This document shows, piece after piece, positions 17,880-27,207 of a stretch of DNA of 64,000 bases. Positions within the stretch are counted from its first letter, which is position 1. Each line of letters begins with the position of its first letter. A program made the position numbers and the translations under genes. Source of the DNA: a virus; the UHGV virus genome UHGV-1358930; one strand, written 5' to 3'. A model generated the notes under the pieces. That model saw nothing but the letters and a program-made list of their open reading frames with translations, was not told where the DNA came from and ran no database searches.

Positions 17880-20299
17880 CGAATTCAGTAGAACTTCAAG
17901 TTATTTGTAAAATTTTAACAAGTCAAGATGATTCTGAAATTGATAGGCTGTGTGCGTTTGATGAATCCTATTACGCAGTATTCAAAGATCAGATCAAATT
18001 TATTCTAGATCATAGAGAAAAATATCATACTGTCCCAGACTTGTTTACGTTCCAAGCTCAATTCGAAGACATTGTTTTGATTGATGTAAACGAATCTGCA
18101 GATTTTTTAGTAGACGGACTTCGGAAAAACAAGCAGCAGATCATACTCTTACAAACATTCAATAAGCTATCTGAGTTAGGTTCTGCAGACGTTTCTGAAG
18201 CTTGGCAGTTCTTACAATCCCAATGCGACAAAGCTGCTCAACTTGATAATTCTAACCCGATGGATATCATCAAAGAAGCTCACAAGCGAAGTGATCAAGT
18301 TTTATCGCTAAGTAATCAAACAAGAATTCCTACAGGATTCAAAGAAGTAGATGAAACAATGTATGGAGGATTGTCAACTGTTGAAGAACTTTGTCTTGTA
18401 GTTGCTAGAACTAACACAGGTAAAGCTCAGCCTCTTTGGAGTAATATCTTAACACCTACTGGGTGGAAGCGTATGCGAGATATTCAAGTAGGAGACATTG
18501 TATGCGGTAGAGATAATGACAATGGTAAAGTAGTTCAAATATTTCCGCAAGGTACAATTGACTACTATCGTGTAAAGTTTGATGATGGTACTTATACGGA
18601 GTGTTCTGCAGATCATCTTTGGGAAGTTCTGGATAGTGAACGAAGGAAGCATGATAGAAAAACTTATGGTCAGTATCTTACATTGACTACTCGAGATATT
18701 CGGAATCATATGTATCGCAGATACTCTGTTGATATGTGTGAACAAATTGAATTCGAGAGTGCTTTTGATACAGATAGTGAACTTGACGGATATTTTTTAG
18801 GAGCATTTATCGGGCATGGTAGAAATGTAGGTAACAAGCTATATATTCATTCTCTGTCCGATGTTTCAAAGCGACGTATAATTGATGCATTGTCTAAATA
18901 TCGTTGTCAATTCACAGAAAATGATCCAAATACACTCGTGATTGAGGATAAGAATGATGGTAAGCTTATCCAAAAGATGTTCGAGTACAACTTGATGAAC
19001 TGCAAAGTCATTGATAGACATATTCCGGATATATATTTTCATAGCCCTGTAAATGTTAGAAAAGCTCTGTTATCAGGTCTCTGCGATACAGATAGCACAA
19101 TGTTATCAAAAAATCATAGAGGTTGGGTTTTCGTTACATCTTCAGATCAGCTTAAATCTGATTTTGTTTACATTGCTAGATCTTTAGGTGTAAAAGCAAA
19201 GGTGTCGACTGCAAGATCTGGTAGATGGGTTGACTTAGGTGTATCGCACGTTGCGAATACGTACCACAGGGTTATGTGTATCTCAAAATTCAATCCGTTT
19301 TATGGTTCACCAAATTACACAGAATTTGAACGCAGACAGGATAAAACTAAATTTAAAAATCGCAAGCGTGTTTGCAAATTCATTGATTCTATTGAATACG
19401 TAGGTAAGACGGAATGCCAGTGTATCATGGTAGACAATAAGACGCATACATATATTACAGATGATTTTATTGTCACACATAACACCTGGGTTACTACTAA
19501 GATGATGGAGTCTGCACAAGCGAATGGATTTCCTGTACTATATTATAGCCCAGAGATGCAATCTGCTTTCATTGGCACACGATTTGATACCTGGAGAGGT
19601 CACTTCCGAAATAGCGATATTCAACGAGGTAAATACAGCGAAGACTACATTCAGTACATCAAAGACATTGTTAAAGAGGAAACTGGTGCATTTGTTGCAG
19701 AAGACAAAGATATGCCAGGAGGAAAAACAACTGTCAGGTCGATTGAAACTCTAGTCAAGCGACATCATATAAAGCTTGTTATCATTGATGGTCTGTCTTA
19801 TATGGCAGATACAGAAAAGTCTGATAGCGATGTTATTAAGTATAAAAATATATGTACTGGACTATTCCGAATGTCTAAAACATATGGATGTGCTGTAGTA
19901 GTATCTGTACAAGCTAATAGAGACACTAAATCTAATGTCGATGACAAAGGAGTCCCGTGGCCTGATATGTATTCGATTGAAGGCTCAGACCATCCAGGAC
20001 GTATTGCAACTCAAGTATTTGCGCTTCGACAATTGTACGAAGAGCATACATTAGAGATAAAGCTGTTGAAGACTAGAAATGCAAAGAATGCAAATCCTAC
20101 GTTCGCATATGTATGGGATCCAAATACAGGAAACACAGAGTTTGTTTCGGATGATGCATCGGCTGCTCCTCCTTCTGCTCCTGCACAGCCTAGCAAGTTC
20201 TCAACGCCGACAGTGTCAGCAAAGATTGTACACACCGATATAGATGATAATCTAATCGATGCCAGTACAGATGACGATCTAGATGACGTTGAGTTTTGA
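17876..20299 (+). CDS. dnaB: DnaB-like replicative DNA helicase, interrupted by an intein (precursor ORF)
   Basis: Exteins read IPTGFKEVDETMYGGL..ELCLVVARTNTGK | TWVTTKMMESAQANGFPVLYYSPEMQ, i.e. Walker A GK|T split exactly by the insertion. Downstream DnaB motifs are KLVIIDGLSYM and SVQANR. The acidic C-terminal tail is DDDLDDVEF. Confidence 0.8.
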   Translation: MTNSVELQVICKILTSQDDSEIDRLCAFDESYYAVFKDQIKFILDHREKYHTVPDLFTFQAQFEDIVLIDVNESADFLVDGLRKNKQQIILLQTFNKLSELGSADVSEAWQFLQSQCDKAAQLDNSNPMDIIKEAHKRSDQVLSLSNQTRIPTGFKEVDETMYGGLSTVEELCLVVARTNTGKAQPLWSNILTPTGWKRMRDIQVGDIVCGRDNDNGKVVQIFPQGTIDYYRVKFDDGTYTECSADHLWEVLDSERRKHDRKTYGQYLTLTTRDIRNHMYRRYSVDMCEQIEFESAFDTDSELDGYFLGAFIGHGRNVGNKLYIHSLSDVSKRRIIDALSKYRCQFTENDPNTLVIEDKNDGKLIQKMFEYNLMNCKVIDRHIPDIYFHSPVNVRKALLSGLCDTDSTMLSKNHRGWVFVTSSDQLKSDFVYIARSLGVKAKVSTARSGRWVDLGVSHVANTYHRVMCISKFNPFYGSPNYTEFERRQDKTKFKNRKRVCKFIDSIEYVGKTECQCIMVDNKTHTYITDDFIVTHNTWVTTKMMESAQANGFPVLYYSPEMQSAFIGTRFDTWRGHFRNSDIQRGKYSEDYIQYIKDIVKEETGAFVAEDKDMPGGKTTVRSIETLVKRHHIKLVIIDGLSYMADTEKSDSDVIKYKNICTGLFRMSKTYGCAVVVSVQANRDTKSNVDDKGVPWPDMYSIEGSDHPGRIATQVFALRQLYEEHTLEIKLLKTRNAKNANPTFAYVWDPNTGNTEFVSDDASAAPPSAPAQPSKFSTPTVSAKIVHTDIDDNLIDASTDDDLDDVEF
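18425..19483 (+). mobile_element. Class-3-type intein (353 aa) with LAGLIDADG endonuclease domain in DnaB
   Basis: Starts with Ala (AQPLWSNILTPTGW) directly after GK of the P-loop. Ends FIVTHN followed by +1 Thr. The block B segment SADHLW, the Cys in block F (ECQCIMVD) and the Thr before HN form the WCT triad. LGAFIGHG and LSGLCDTDS are LAGLIDADG motifs. Confidence 0.75.
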
Positions 20300-20305
20300 T
20301 ATACT

Positions 20306-20340
20306 CCCGCCGAATCAATATTCGGCGGGTTTGCTTTGGT
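20306..20340 (+). terminator. Rho-independent terminator after dnaB
   Basis: CCCGCCGAAT-caat-ATTCGGCGGG 10-bp stem followed by TTTGCTTTGGT. Confidence 0.7.
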
Positions 20341-20514
20341 GCGATCGTTAGATAAACTAAGAAGGGAGTTAACATCACACCAGATTTGAAAATAAACATT
20401 AAATACCTTTATTTTCTTAATCTGTTCCTCTTTCAACGACCTTGCTTGACAAGTCAAGTCTTACTAGATCTCCAGAGGCGTTAATTTCCGCTTGTGCAGC
20501 GGTATTTGTTATTT

Positions 20515-21651
20515 TTAGGAGAAAGCTATTCTCAAGCCCTCGTTCAATATATTCTTTGATGCATTGATATCTCTATCATGTGTTGTTTGACAATTAGGAC
20601 AAGTCCAATTTCTAACTTCAAGATTTTTGACTTCTGGATTTTTGAATCCGCAACAGCTACAAGTTTGAGAAGACGGAAAGAAGGCGTCTATTTTGACAAG
20701 TTGTTTTCCATACCAGCTGCACTTGTAAGTCAATAGTTCAACGAATTTTGACCAGCTTGCGTCTGAAATTGCTCTTGCTAGTTTATGATTCTTGACCATA
20801 TTTTTGACTTTCAAGTCTTCAACACAGATTATGTCGTGGTTTTTGACAAATTCTGTTGACAGCTTGTGCAAGAAATCATTTCGTTGATTTGAAACTTTCT
20901 CAAATTGTTTAGCAAGTCTGATTCTTGATTTGTTTCTGTTATTAGATCCTTTTTGCTTCTTCGAGAGCTGTCTTTGAAGTCTTCTTAACTTCTTAGTAGA
21001 CTTTGAAAGGTATTTCGGATTTTTGATCTTTTCACCGTCTGAAGTTATTGCGAAATCTTTGATGCCGAGGTCAATTCCTACAACAGATCCAGTTTTGTCA
21101 AACTCTTCAATTTCAACATCTTTGCAACAGATACTTGCAAAATATTTTCCTGAAGCTGTTTTTGAGATGGTTGCCGAAAGCGGAGTTCCTTTGACATTTA
21201 AATTTCCTTTGAATTTAACCCATTTCAATTTAGGCAAGAAGATCTTGTTATCTAAACAATGAAATTGTGCAGGTGTGGAGTATGTAGCCTTATATGACTG
21301 TCTACTTGAAAGTTTCTTCTTAAATTTAGGATAACCTGGTTGCTTTCCATTCTTTACGTTTCTAAAGAAGTTTTGATACGCAGTATCAAGATCTCTAAGA
21401 GACGATTGCAAAGCCATTGCTTCAGGTTCTTTCAACCATGAATATTCGTCAAGCTTCTTGAGCTTTGTTAAATCTGCAGAATTTTGATTATATGTATTTG
21501 ACTTTCTTGCCTCTTCATAATCTTTGATGGATTTAGCAAGATAGTAGTTGTAGACAAATCTGCAGCAGCCAAAGGTTTTTGCAATTTGCTCAATCTGCTG
21601 CTTGTTCGGATATATCCGTATTTTATAAGCTTTCAGAATCATTTTGGTCAT
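20515..21651 (-). CDS. tnpB: TnpB (OrfB) RNA-guided-nuclease-family transposon protein
   Basis: N-terminus [32 protein letters not shown] is the OrfB_IS605 signature. RuvC-like and Zn-finger C-terminus [11 protein letters not shown]...[17 protein letters not shown]. Confidence 0.85.
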   Translation of the reverse strand: MTKMILKAYKIRIYPNKQQIEQIAKTFGCCRFVYNYYLAKSIKDYEEARKSNTYNQNSADLTKLKKLDEYSWLKEPEAMALQSSLRDLDTAYQNFFRNVKNGKQPGYPKFKKKLSSRQSYKATYSTPAQFHCLDNKIFLPKLKWVKFKGNLNVKGTPLSATISKTASGKYFASICCKDVEIEEFDKTGSVVGIDLGIKDFAITSDGEKIKNPKYLSKSTKKLRRLQRQLSKKQKGSNNRNKSRIRLAKQFEKVSNQRNDFLHKLSTEFVKNHDIICVEDLKVKNMVKNHKLARAISDASWSKFVELLTYKCSWYGKQLVKIDAFFPSSQTCSCCGFKNPEVKNLEVRNWTCPNCQTTHDRDINASKNILNEGLRIAFS

Positions 21652-22243
21652 CTGAAAGTGCCTCCTTGATTTTAGCTACGCTTCTCTTAGAATACATTTT
21701 CATTGAGTAACAGTGCAGTAAACTTACGATTTCTTCAAAAATTTCTTCAGAATCAAGTTTTTCGGATCCTAGTTGGGACGCAACAACTATCTCTGTTCCA
21801 AATTTTCTAAAAAGATGATAAAATAGATCAAATCCTACTCTAGACAGTCTGTCTTTATAATTGATAACTACTTTCTCAACTTTATATTCCAATACATCGT
21901 CTAATAGTTCAAAAAACTGTTTTCTGTTTTCAAAAGAAATTCCGGAAGCAACCTCTTGAAAAACACCATCGACTTGAATTCCGGAATTCATGCAAAAACT
22001 GTTCAAAGATTCAAGTTGGTTCGCTAGATCCGATTTTTGAGATATTGTAGAAACTCTAGCGTAGATATAATTTTTTCTTGTTTGACCGTTATTTAATATA
22101 GAGTAGACGTCTTTATCATGATAGATGCGCTTACCTGTAGGTGTTAAGTCATAATGAATGAGTCCTCTTTTGCAATAATGACCAAGTGTTGGCTGTGAAA
22201 TATTCAATAGTTGTAACACTTGTTTAGCTTTCATATTGATCAC
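21623..22243 (-). CDS. tnpA: IS607-type TnpA serine recombinase
   Basis: N-terminal MerR-like [25 protein letters not shown]. Resolvase catalytic motif [11 protein letters not shown]. Overlaps the tnpB start. Confidence 0.8.
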   Translation of the reverse strand: MINMKAKQVLQLLNISQPTLGHYCKRGLIHYDLTPTGKRIYHDKDVYSILNNGQTRKNYIYARVSTISQKSDLANQLESLNSFCMNSGIQVDGVFQEVASGISFENRKQFFELLDDVLEYKVEKVVINYKDRLSRVGFDLFYHLFRKFGTEIVVASQLGSEKLDSEEIFEEIVSLLHCYSMKMYSKRSVAKIKEALSDDQNDSESL

Positions 22244-22304
22244 CTCAAAATAATTTAAGGTTAAAAAATAATATCATCTTAATATAAAAAAGGAAATGCT
22301 ATAT

Positions 22305-23303
22305 ATGAATATTGATACCATAATTGATAAACTTTCATCTCAAGGGTTTATACGCCTAAATAGGCATATAGGCGACTACTATAGCTGCTATTGCCCATTT
22401 CACAGTGATGGAAAAGAGAAAAAGCCGTCCTCTGGTATATTGCTAAGAGACCAGTATCGCAATGGACAGCACTATCCTGCTGGATTCTTTAACTGTTTCA
22501 CTTGTCACCATGCATATCAACTGGAAGAGTTCATCACAGAGCTATTGAAAGTTAATTCTATCCACATGTCTGGTAGAGATTGGCTCATCAAGAATGATCC
22601 AGATTATGATCCAGATACAGAATTTGAATATCTCTTACCTAGAGATATGATGCAGTCTGTCGTGAATTCTTTTGCATTAAAGCAGATATCTAGTAAGTCG
22701 GGAGTTCAAAAACCTTCATTCATATCTGAGTCAGAACTTTCTAAGTATAGATACACAGTACAGTATATGTATGACCGAAAACTTACAGACACTGTGATCG
22801 ACTTATTTGACGTAGGGTTTGATGCTAATTTCGTTCCAGCAGGAAGAAAGAAATCAGTTCCATGCGTCACATTCCCGGTAAGAGATGTCCACGGAAATAC
22901 GCTGTTCATCTGCAGACGATCGATTGAAGGAAAATCATTCTATCTACCGTCAAACATAGAAAAATCTGTATATGGGCTGTATGAATTACCTCAAGGATGT
23001 AAATCTGTTATCATCGCGGAAAGCTGCTTCAATGTTCTAACTTCTTACGTTTACGGTGTACCTGCTGTAGGTCTACTAGGTACTGGTACTCCTCATCAGA
23101 TTTCTCAGCTTAGAAGTTTAGGTGTAAATGAGTTTGTATTAGGATTAGATCCAGATGAAGCAGGAGATAGAGCTTGCAAGCGATTGAAACGAGCACTCGG
23201 CGATATTGCTATTATCCGACGCATGAATGGAATACCTGAAGGAAAAGATATAAATGACCTCACCAAGTCTGAATTTTTAGACATATACAGAAGTAGAATG
23301 TGA
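22305..23303 (+). CDS. DNA primase (DnaG-like zinc-binding plus TOPRIM)
   Basis: Zinc motif CPFHSDGKEKKPS...CFTCH. TOPRIM segments VIIAESCFNVLTSYVYGVPAVGLLGTG and GLDPDEAGDRA. Confidence 0.8.
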   Translation: MNIDTIIDKLSSQGFIRLNRHIGDYYSCYCPFHSDGKEKKPSSGILLRDQYRNGQHYPAGFFNCFTCHHAYQLEEFITELLKVNSIHMSGRDWLIKNDPDYDPDTEFEYLLPRDMMQSVVNSFALKQISSKSGVQKPSFISESELSKYRYTVQYMYDRKLTDTVIDLFDVGFDANFVPAGRKKSVPCVTFPVRDVHGNTLFICRRSIEGKSFYLPSNIEKSVYGLYELPQGCKSVIIAESCFNVLTSYVYGVPAVGLLGTGTPHQISQLRSLGVNEFVLGLDPDEAGDRACKRLKRALGDIAIIRRMNGIPEGKDINDLTKSEFLDIYRSRM

Positions 23304-23344
23304 TAGATCGTTAAAATTAAATGTACTAAATACTTAGGAGTGAT

Positions 23345-23632
23345 ATGTTGATTACACTGAATATTAGAAATTGTAAGATTTTAGACACTGCGACTTTATC
23401 TAAATTGACAGCATATATTGATAAGTTGCAAAATAAACTTGAAGCTGCTGAGATGGTTGAATCGCAGCAGAATATGTTGATCGACGCGTTGATCGAAGAA
23501 AATCAAAGACTTCATACTTTAGTAGATACTGGGCGGGATACCAATGAAACTAAACAAACAGCAAGAAAAGCTAATAGATCTATCGTTTCTGTCCGATATA
23601 AAACAAGCTCAAGTTATGCAGACATGCGATAA
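23345..23632 (+). CDS. Hypothetical coiled-coil protein
   Basis: Good RBS AGGAGTG. 95 aa. Overlaps the next ORF, which is in another frame. Confidence 0.35.
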   Translation: MLITLNIRNCKILDTATLSKLTAYIDKLQNKLEAAEMVESQQNMLIDALIEENQRLHTLVDTGRDTNETKQTARKANRSIVSVRYKTSSSYADMR

Positions 23633-23840
23633 GATTATCGAAGATTTGACAAGCAACCACTCTAGCATTAGACAATGTTCTGATAACATAGGAGTGCCTA
23701 AGTCTACAATTCATCTTTATATTCACACTTATATTAGAGAATATTATAACAGCGATTATAAGGAGATCCAGCATCTTTTGCAATTCAACAAGAGATACAG
23801 ATGCAAATGTAGAAGATGCTGGACAGAAAGGTACTGGTGA
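23544..23840 (+). CDS. Hypothetical HTH-containing protein (possibly the downstream frame of a frameshifted or recoded gene)
   Basis: HTH-like IRQCSDNIGVPKSTIHLYI. No RBS of its own. Overlaps 23345-23632 by 89 nt. Confidence 0.35.
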   Translation: MKLNKQQEKLIDLSFLSDIKQAQVMQTCDKIIEDLTSNHSSIRQCSDNIGVPKSTIHLYIHTYIREYYNSDYKEIQHLLQFNKRYRCKCRRCWTERYW

Positions 23841-23844
23841 TATT

Positions 23845-25035
23845 TTGAATTATGCTTGGATGTTGAGGCAAGACGGTACGGCATTCAGCTGCACACATCA
23901 TTTATATTGCATGGATGACGACGATTTATCTTCTGAAGCAGAGTGTGCTGCATTTATTTTAAATAGCAACTCTAAAGATTCTAAATTAGCCGAATTGATT
24001 CTAGACGCTTGGATGGCATTAGGGATTGAAAACTCTGTCAACTACGATGCGGATGAAGAAGACATTGAAAATGCAATCATCAAATTTGCAAACTCCGTTC
24101 CATATCATTTTCAATTTGAGTTAAAGTTAAGCAAGCTGTTACAGATTCACAAATCTGCACATAATTATAGCGATGTGGACAGCTTGTATGAGTTCTGTGA
24201 CTATGTTAGATCTGAGTTATCTACGCTTCAAAGACAGATAAAACATTCTATCAATCAGCAGTTTTGTAGAGTTAGATTTGGAGGGCAGTATGACTCAATC
24301 AATCCTACTAGCACACTTTGGTTTAGAATCTCTAGTGTAGGATTCAATTGGGCTGATACTATATACATTTTCGCTTCAGAATGCAAGAAGTCTTATCATG
24401 TAGCATACATTACCATATGTAGAGATCATGAATCTGACAATGGTATAGATTCAGACGCAGATGAATATTTCTACAAGGCTCGAGATGGAGCTATCTATTA
24501 CAACATGCCGATTGAAGAGTTCCTTGCTGAAGAACATGAACATTCTTTAGTATTTTCTAACAAGCAGATAAATGTCATGAAGGGCTACGTGAAGACCATT
24601 AGAGATTGCTTCAAGTTTGGTAAAACCGAGCAAGAAACTGCAGATATTTTATTGTCGCACGATATTAACTATGATCCGATGATGTGGGATAGATTGAAGA
24701 ATAGAGACAGAGCGCGTTTCTGTATTGCAGCGTCACAATACTTTGATGAGGCAAACAACAGGACAAAGAACCGATTGAACAAGATTATGAATATGATCAT
24801 CAATCGCTACCCTGAAATCAAATCTGTGGATATTGACTACAAATACAGAGACAAGGTGAGAGGTAAAACACCTGGATGCGAATATCTATTCTATTTGACA
24901 TCTAACTTTGATGAAATTGATAGACTAGAAATATCAACTGTATTCAATCGTCTAGAAACAAACCCGGATATTATCTTTAGAAGATTCAAACAGGAATATG
25001 AATCGTATAAAGAATACTCAAACTTGAATATCTAA
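23845..25035 (+). CDS. Hypothetical protein (396 aa)
   Basis: Long ORF with phage-like codon usage. No motif recognised. Confidence 0.5.
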   Translation: MNYAWMLRQDGTAFSCTHHLYCMDDDDLSSEAECAAFILNSNSKDSKLAELILDAWMALGIENSVNYDADEEDIENAIIKFANSVPYHFQFELKLSKLLQIHKSAHNYSDVDSLYEFCDYVRSELSTLQRQIKHSINQQFCRVRFGGQYDSINPTSTLWFRISSVGFNWADTIYIFASECKKSYHVAYITICRDHESDNGIDSDADEYFYKARDGAIYYNMPIEEFLAEEHEHSLVFSNKQINVMKGYVKTIRDCFKFGKTEQETADILLSHDINYDPMMWDRLKNRDRARFCIAASQYFDEANNRTKNRLNKIMNMIINRYPEIKSVDIDYKYRDKVRGKTPGCEYLFYLTSNFDEIDRLEISTVFNRLETNPDIIFRRFKQEYESYKEYSNLNI

Positions 25036-25075
25036 ATCTAAATATTAACGAATTATTAACGAACGGAAATAGGTA

Positions 25076-25104
25076 TTGACTTTTTAGCCATTTTATCTTA
25101 TAAT
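25076..25104 (+). promoter_or_regulatory. Sigma-A-type promoter (TTGACT-17-TATAAT)
   Basis: TTGACT at 25076-25081, a 17-nt spacer, then TATAAT at 25099-25104. Lies upstream of gene 25166. Confidence 0.55.
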
Positions 25105-25165
25105 AATAGCATAATAAGTCAACCAAATAACACATATCAAAACACATCAATTGGAGGATTTACAA

Positions 25166-25858
25166 ATGGCTAAGAGAATCAGATTCAACGATATTTCCCG
25201 TTTCGACAAAAACAACAGAAGAAGAATTGCTCATGGCTCAGATCCTATTCCGGTTGTTAGACCCTTCCGTGCAGCGTATCTGATGTTCCGTGACTATCTC
25301 GATTATGACAGACCGCTGACTTATAATGAATGGATGAATCGTCTGGAATCAGATAAGGCAGCGGCTTTATATGTTCAGTTCTACGATCAGATTCAGCTTG
25401 CTTGGTACAAAGCAAAAAGCTTCTATGCTGTTGAAGAAGATGGCGTGTCTACAATGATGCAATATCTTATGAAGAATGTTCCTGTCATCAACAAAGACGA
25501 AAAGCGCTTCACACCTCGTTATATATATCGTGTAGCTTACAACTGCTTGTATTGCATCTGTCATGACATCAAAGTTGATAAAGACAGATGGGAGTTAGAG
25601 AGCAGCAATATTACATCTAATTCCGATGAAGAAGAAGTAGATGTGTTCAATTTCATTCCGTCTAATTTTGACATTGAGCGAATGATGAATGAAGAAAAAT
25701 TCTGGAAGGCTATCATGTCTCAAGACGAAGATACAATTACATATGTGGATTGCGTCATCAATCATACAAGATTTCCTGCGGGTATGAAAGCTAGAAGTCC
25801 TAAGATCATCGCAAAGTTAAAGGTAGTTCTTTCAGAACTGGCTGATGAGGAGTTCTAA
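25166..25858 (+). CDS. Hypothetical protein
   Basis: RBS GGAGG sits 8 nt before the ATG at 25166. The ORF-finder start at 25151 is a TTG inside the RBS. Confidence 0.5.
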   Translation: MAKRIRFNDISRFDKNNRRRIAHGSDPIPVVRPFRAAYLMFRDYLDYDRPLTYNEWMNRLESDKAAALYVQFYDQIQLAWYKAKSFYAVEEDGVSTMMQYLMKNVPVINKDEKRFTPRYIYRVAYNCLYCICHDIKVDKDRWELESSNITSNSDEEEVDVFNFIPSNFDIERMMNEEKFWKAIMSQDEDTITYVDCVINHTRFPAGMKARSPKIIAKLKVVLSELADEEF

Positions 25859-25859
25859 A

Positions 25860-26285
25860 ATGAAACGTACTATCACTCAAAGTATACGAGTAGAGCTCAG
25901 CTATCTGATGAAGCTAAACGGAAAGCCTCTATTGAATTCACATGCCTATCGAGTTGAAGCTACGATTTGCAATAATTCTAACATTGGCAGGATGATGGAT
26001 TTCGAGGATATATCAAAACTACTGTTTGAGGCTATCCCAACGAATTCATTTCTCATTTCTACATCAAGCGAAGAAGCTGAGTTAGAAGTAGCTAAAGCGC
26101 TGAAGCAGTTTGGAGTTCCTGTAATTGTATATTCTGAAGAGCTCTGTACAGAGAACTTGTTGATGCTATTCGTCAAATCCATAAATCAAAAACTAGCAGA
26201 ATATTCAGACAGTTTAAGTTCATACGAACTGGTAGAGCTTAAGCTTTGGGAAACCGATAATTATTGTGCTACTTACGTAGCATAA
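25860..26285 (+). CDS. Hypothetical protein
   Basis: RBS GAGGAG before the ATG at 25860. Confidence 0.5.
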   Translation: MKRTITQSIRVELSYLMKLNGKPLLNSHAYRVEATICNNSNIGRMMDFEDISKLLFEAIPTNSFLISTSSEEAELEVAKALKQFGVPVIVYSEELCTENLLMLFVKSINQKLAEYSDSLSSYELVELKLWETDNYCATYVA

Positions 26286-26331
26286 TGAAATTTATAGCAT
26301 ATCTAGATATATCAAATTAGGAGGCAATAAT

Positions 26332-27042
26332 ATGGCATTCAAAACAGTAGACAGCTACAACGAAGCACGATTTGGTGGATTCTTCCTTCTTAGAAACGAT
26401 GGAGATTACGCTGATGTAATCTTCATGTATAGAAGTAGAGAAGATGTACTTGTTGCAGATACACATTACATCAAGTCTGCTGACTATCAGGGATACGTTC
26501 ATTGCTGTGGTAAGGGTTGTCCTGCGTGTCAGAAGGGCATCAGAGTTCAGACAAAACTGTTCATCCCTCTCTACAACATTTCCGAAGGTAAGATTGAATT
26601 CTGGGACAGAACAATGCGATTCGAGCCGCAGCTGATGAACGATGTATTCAAGAATTTTGCTAATCCTTCCGAATATGTATTCAGAGTTACGCGACATGGC
26701 GCAGCTGGATCTATTGATACAACCTATGAGATCCAAGCTATTTCTAGAAACAACGTCATGTCCTACGCGGATATCCTTGCATCTAACAATGTAACTTCTC
26801 CTGAGTATTATTCGGAAGTTTGCAAAGAAGTCGATAGTTTCCATCTTTCTGACATGCTAAATGAACGAGCAGATAATGTATCTACTCCTTCAACTGCTGC
26901 GTATAGCGCAAATCTTCCGGATTATCAGATTAAGCCTAGAGCTGTTGCAACTACGTACACTGATCCAGCTCCCGCAATTGAAATTCCGGACGACAATGAT
27001 TCTAGCTTAGAATCTTTAGACGAAGACGATGTTAATTTTTGA
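26332..27042 (+). CDS. gp32-like ssDNA-binding protein candidate
   Basis: Zn motif H..HCCGKGCPACQ. The N-terminus FFLLRNDGDYADVIF resembles the T4 gp32 segment RFLPSKNDEQAPFAIL. Acidic C-terminal tail LESLDEDDVNF. RBS AGGAGG. Confidence 0.45.
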   Translation: MAFKTVDSYNEARFGGFFLLRNDGDYADVIFMYRSREDVLVADTHYIKSADYQGYVHCCGKGCPACQKGIRVQTKLFIPLYNISEGKIEFWDRTMRFEPQLMNDVFKNFANPSEYVFRVTRHGAAGSIDTTYEIQAISRNNVMSYADILASNNVTSPEYYSEVCKEVDSFHLSDMLNERADNVSTPSTAAYSANLPDYQIKPRAVATTYTDPAPAIEIPDDNDSSLESLDEDDVNF

Positions 27043-27131
27043 TCTAATCTAAGCTATCAGAAGCCGATTCACTTTTCATTATCAACAACAACAAAATATT
27101 TGACCTGTAATCGTTATATATCTTGAGGAGG

Positions 27132-27174
27132 GCTTCACACATTAGATAGACTTAATTGTGTGAAGCTTTTCTTT
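27132..27174 (+). terminator. Rho-independent terminator
   Basis: GCTTCACACA ... TGTGTGAAGC 10-bp stem followed by TTTTCTTT. Confidence 0.6.
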
Positions 27175-27207
27175 ATACAAAAATAAACTGATAAGGAGGA
27201 CATTAAG

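Larger units (their letters stand above)
20345..22290 (-). mobile_element. IS607-family insertion sequence (tnpA serine recombinase plus tnpB), approximate ends
   Basis: tnpA (MerR-HTH plus serine recombinase) and tnpB are arranged as in IS607/IS1535. The insertion is bounded by the dnaB terminator and the primase RBS. Ends are not determinable without comparison sequences. Confidence 0.7.
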
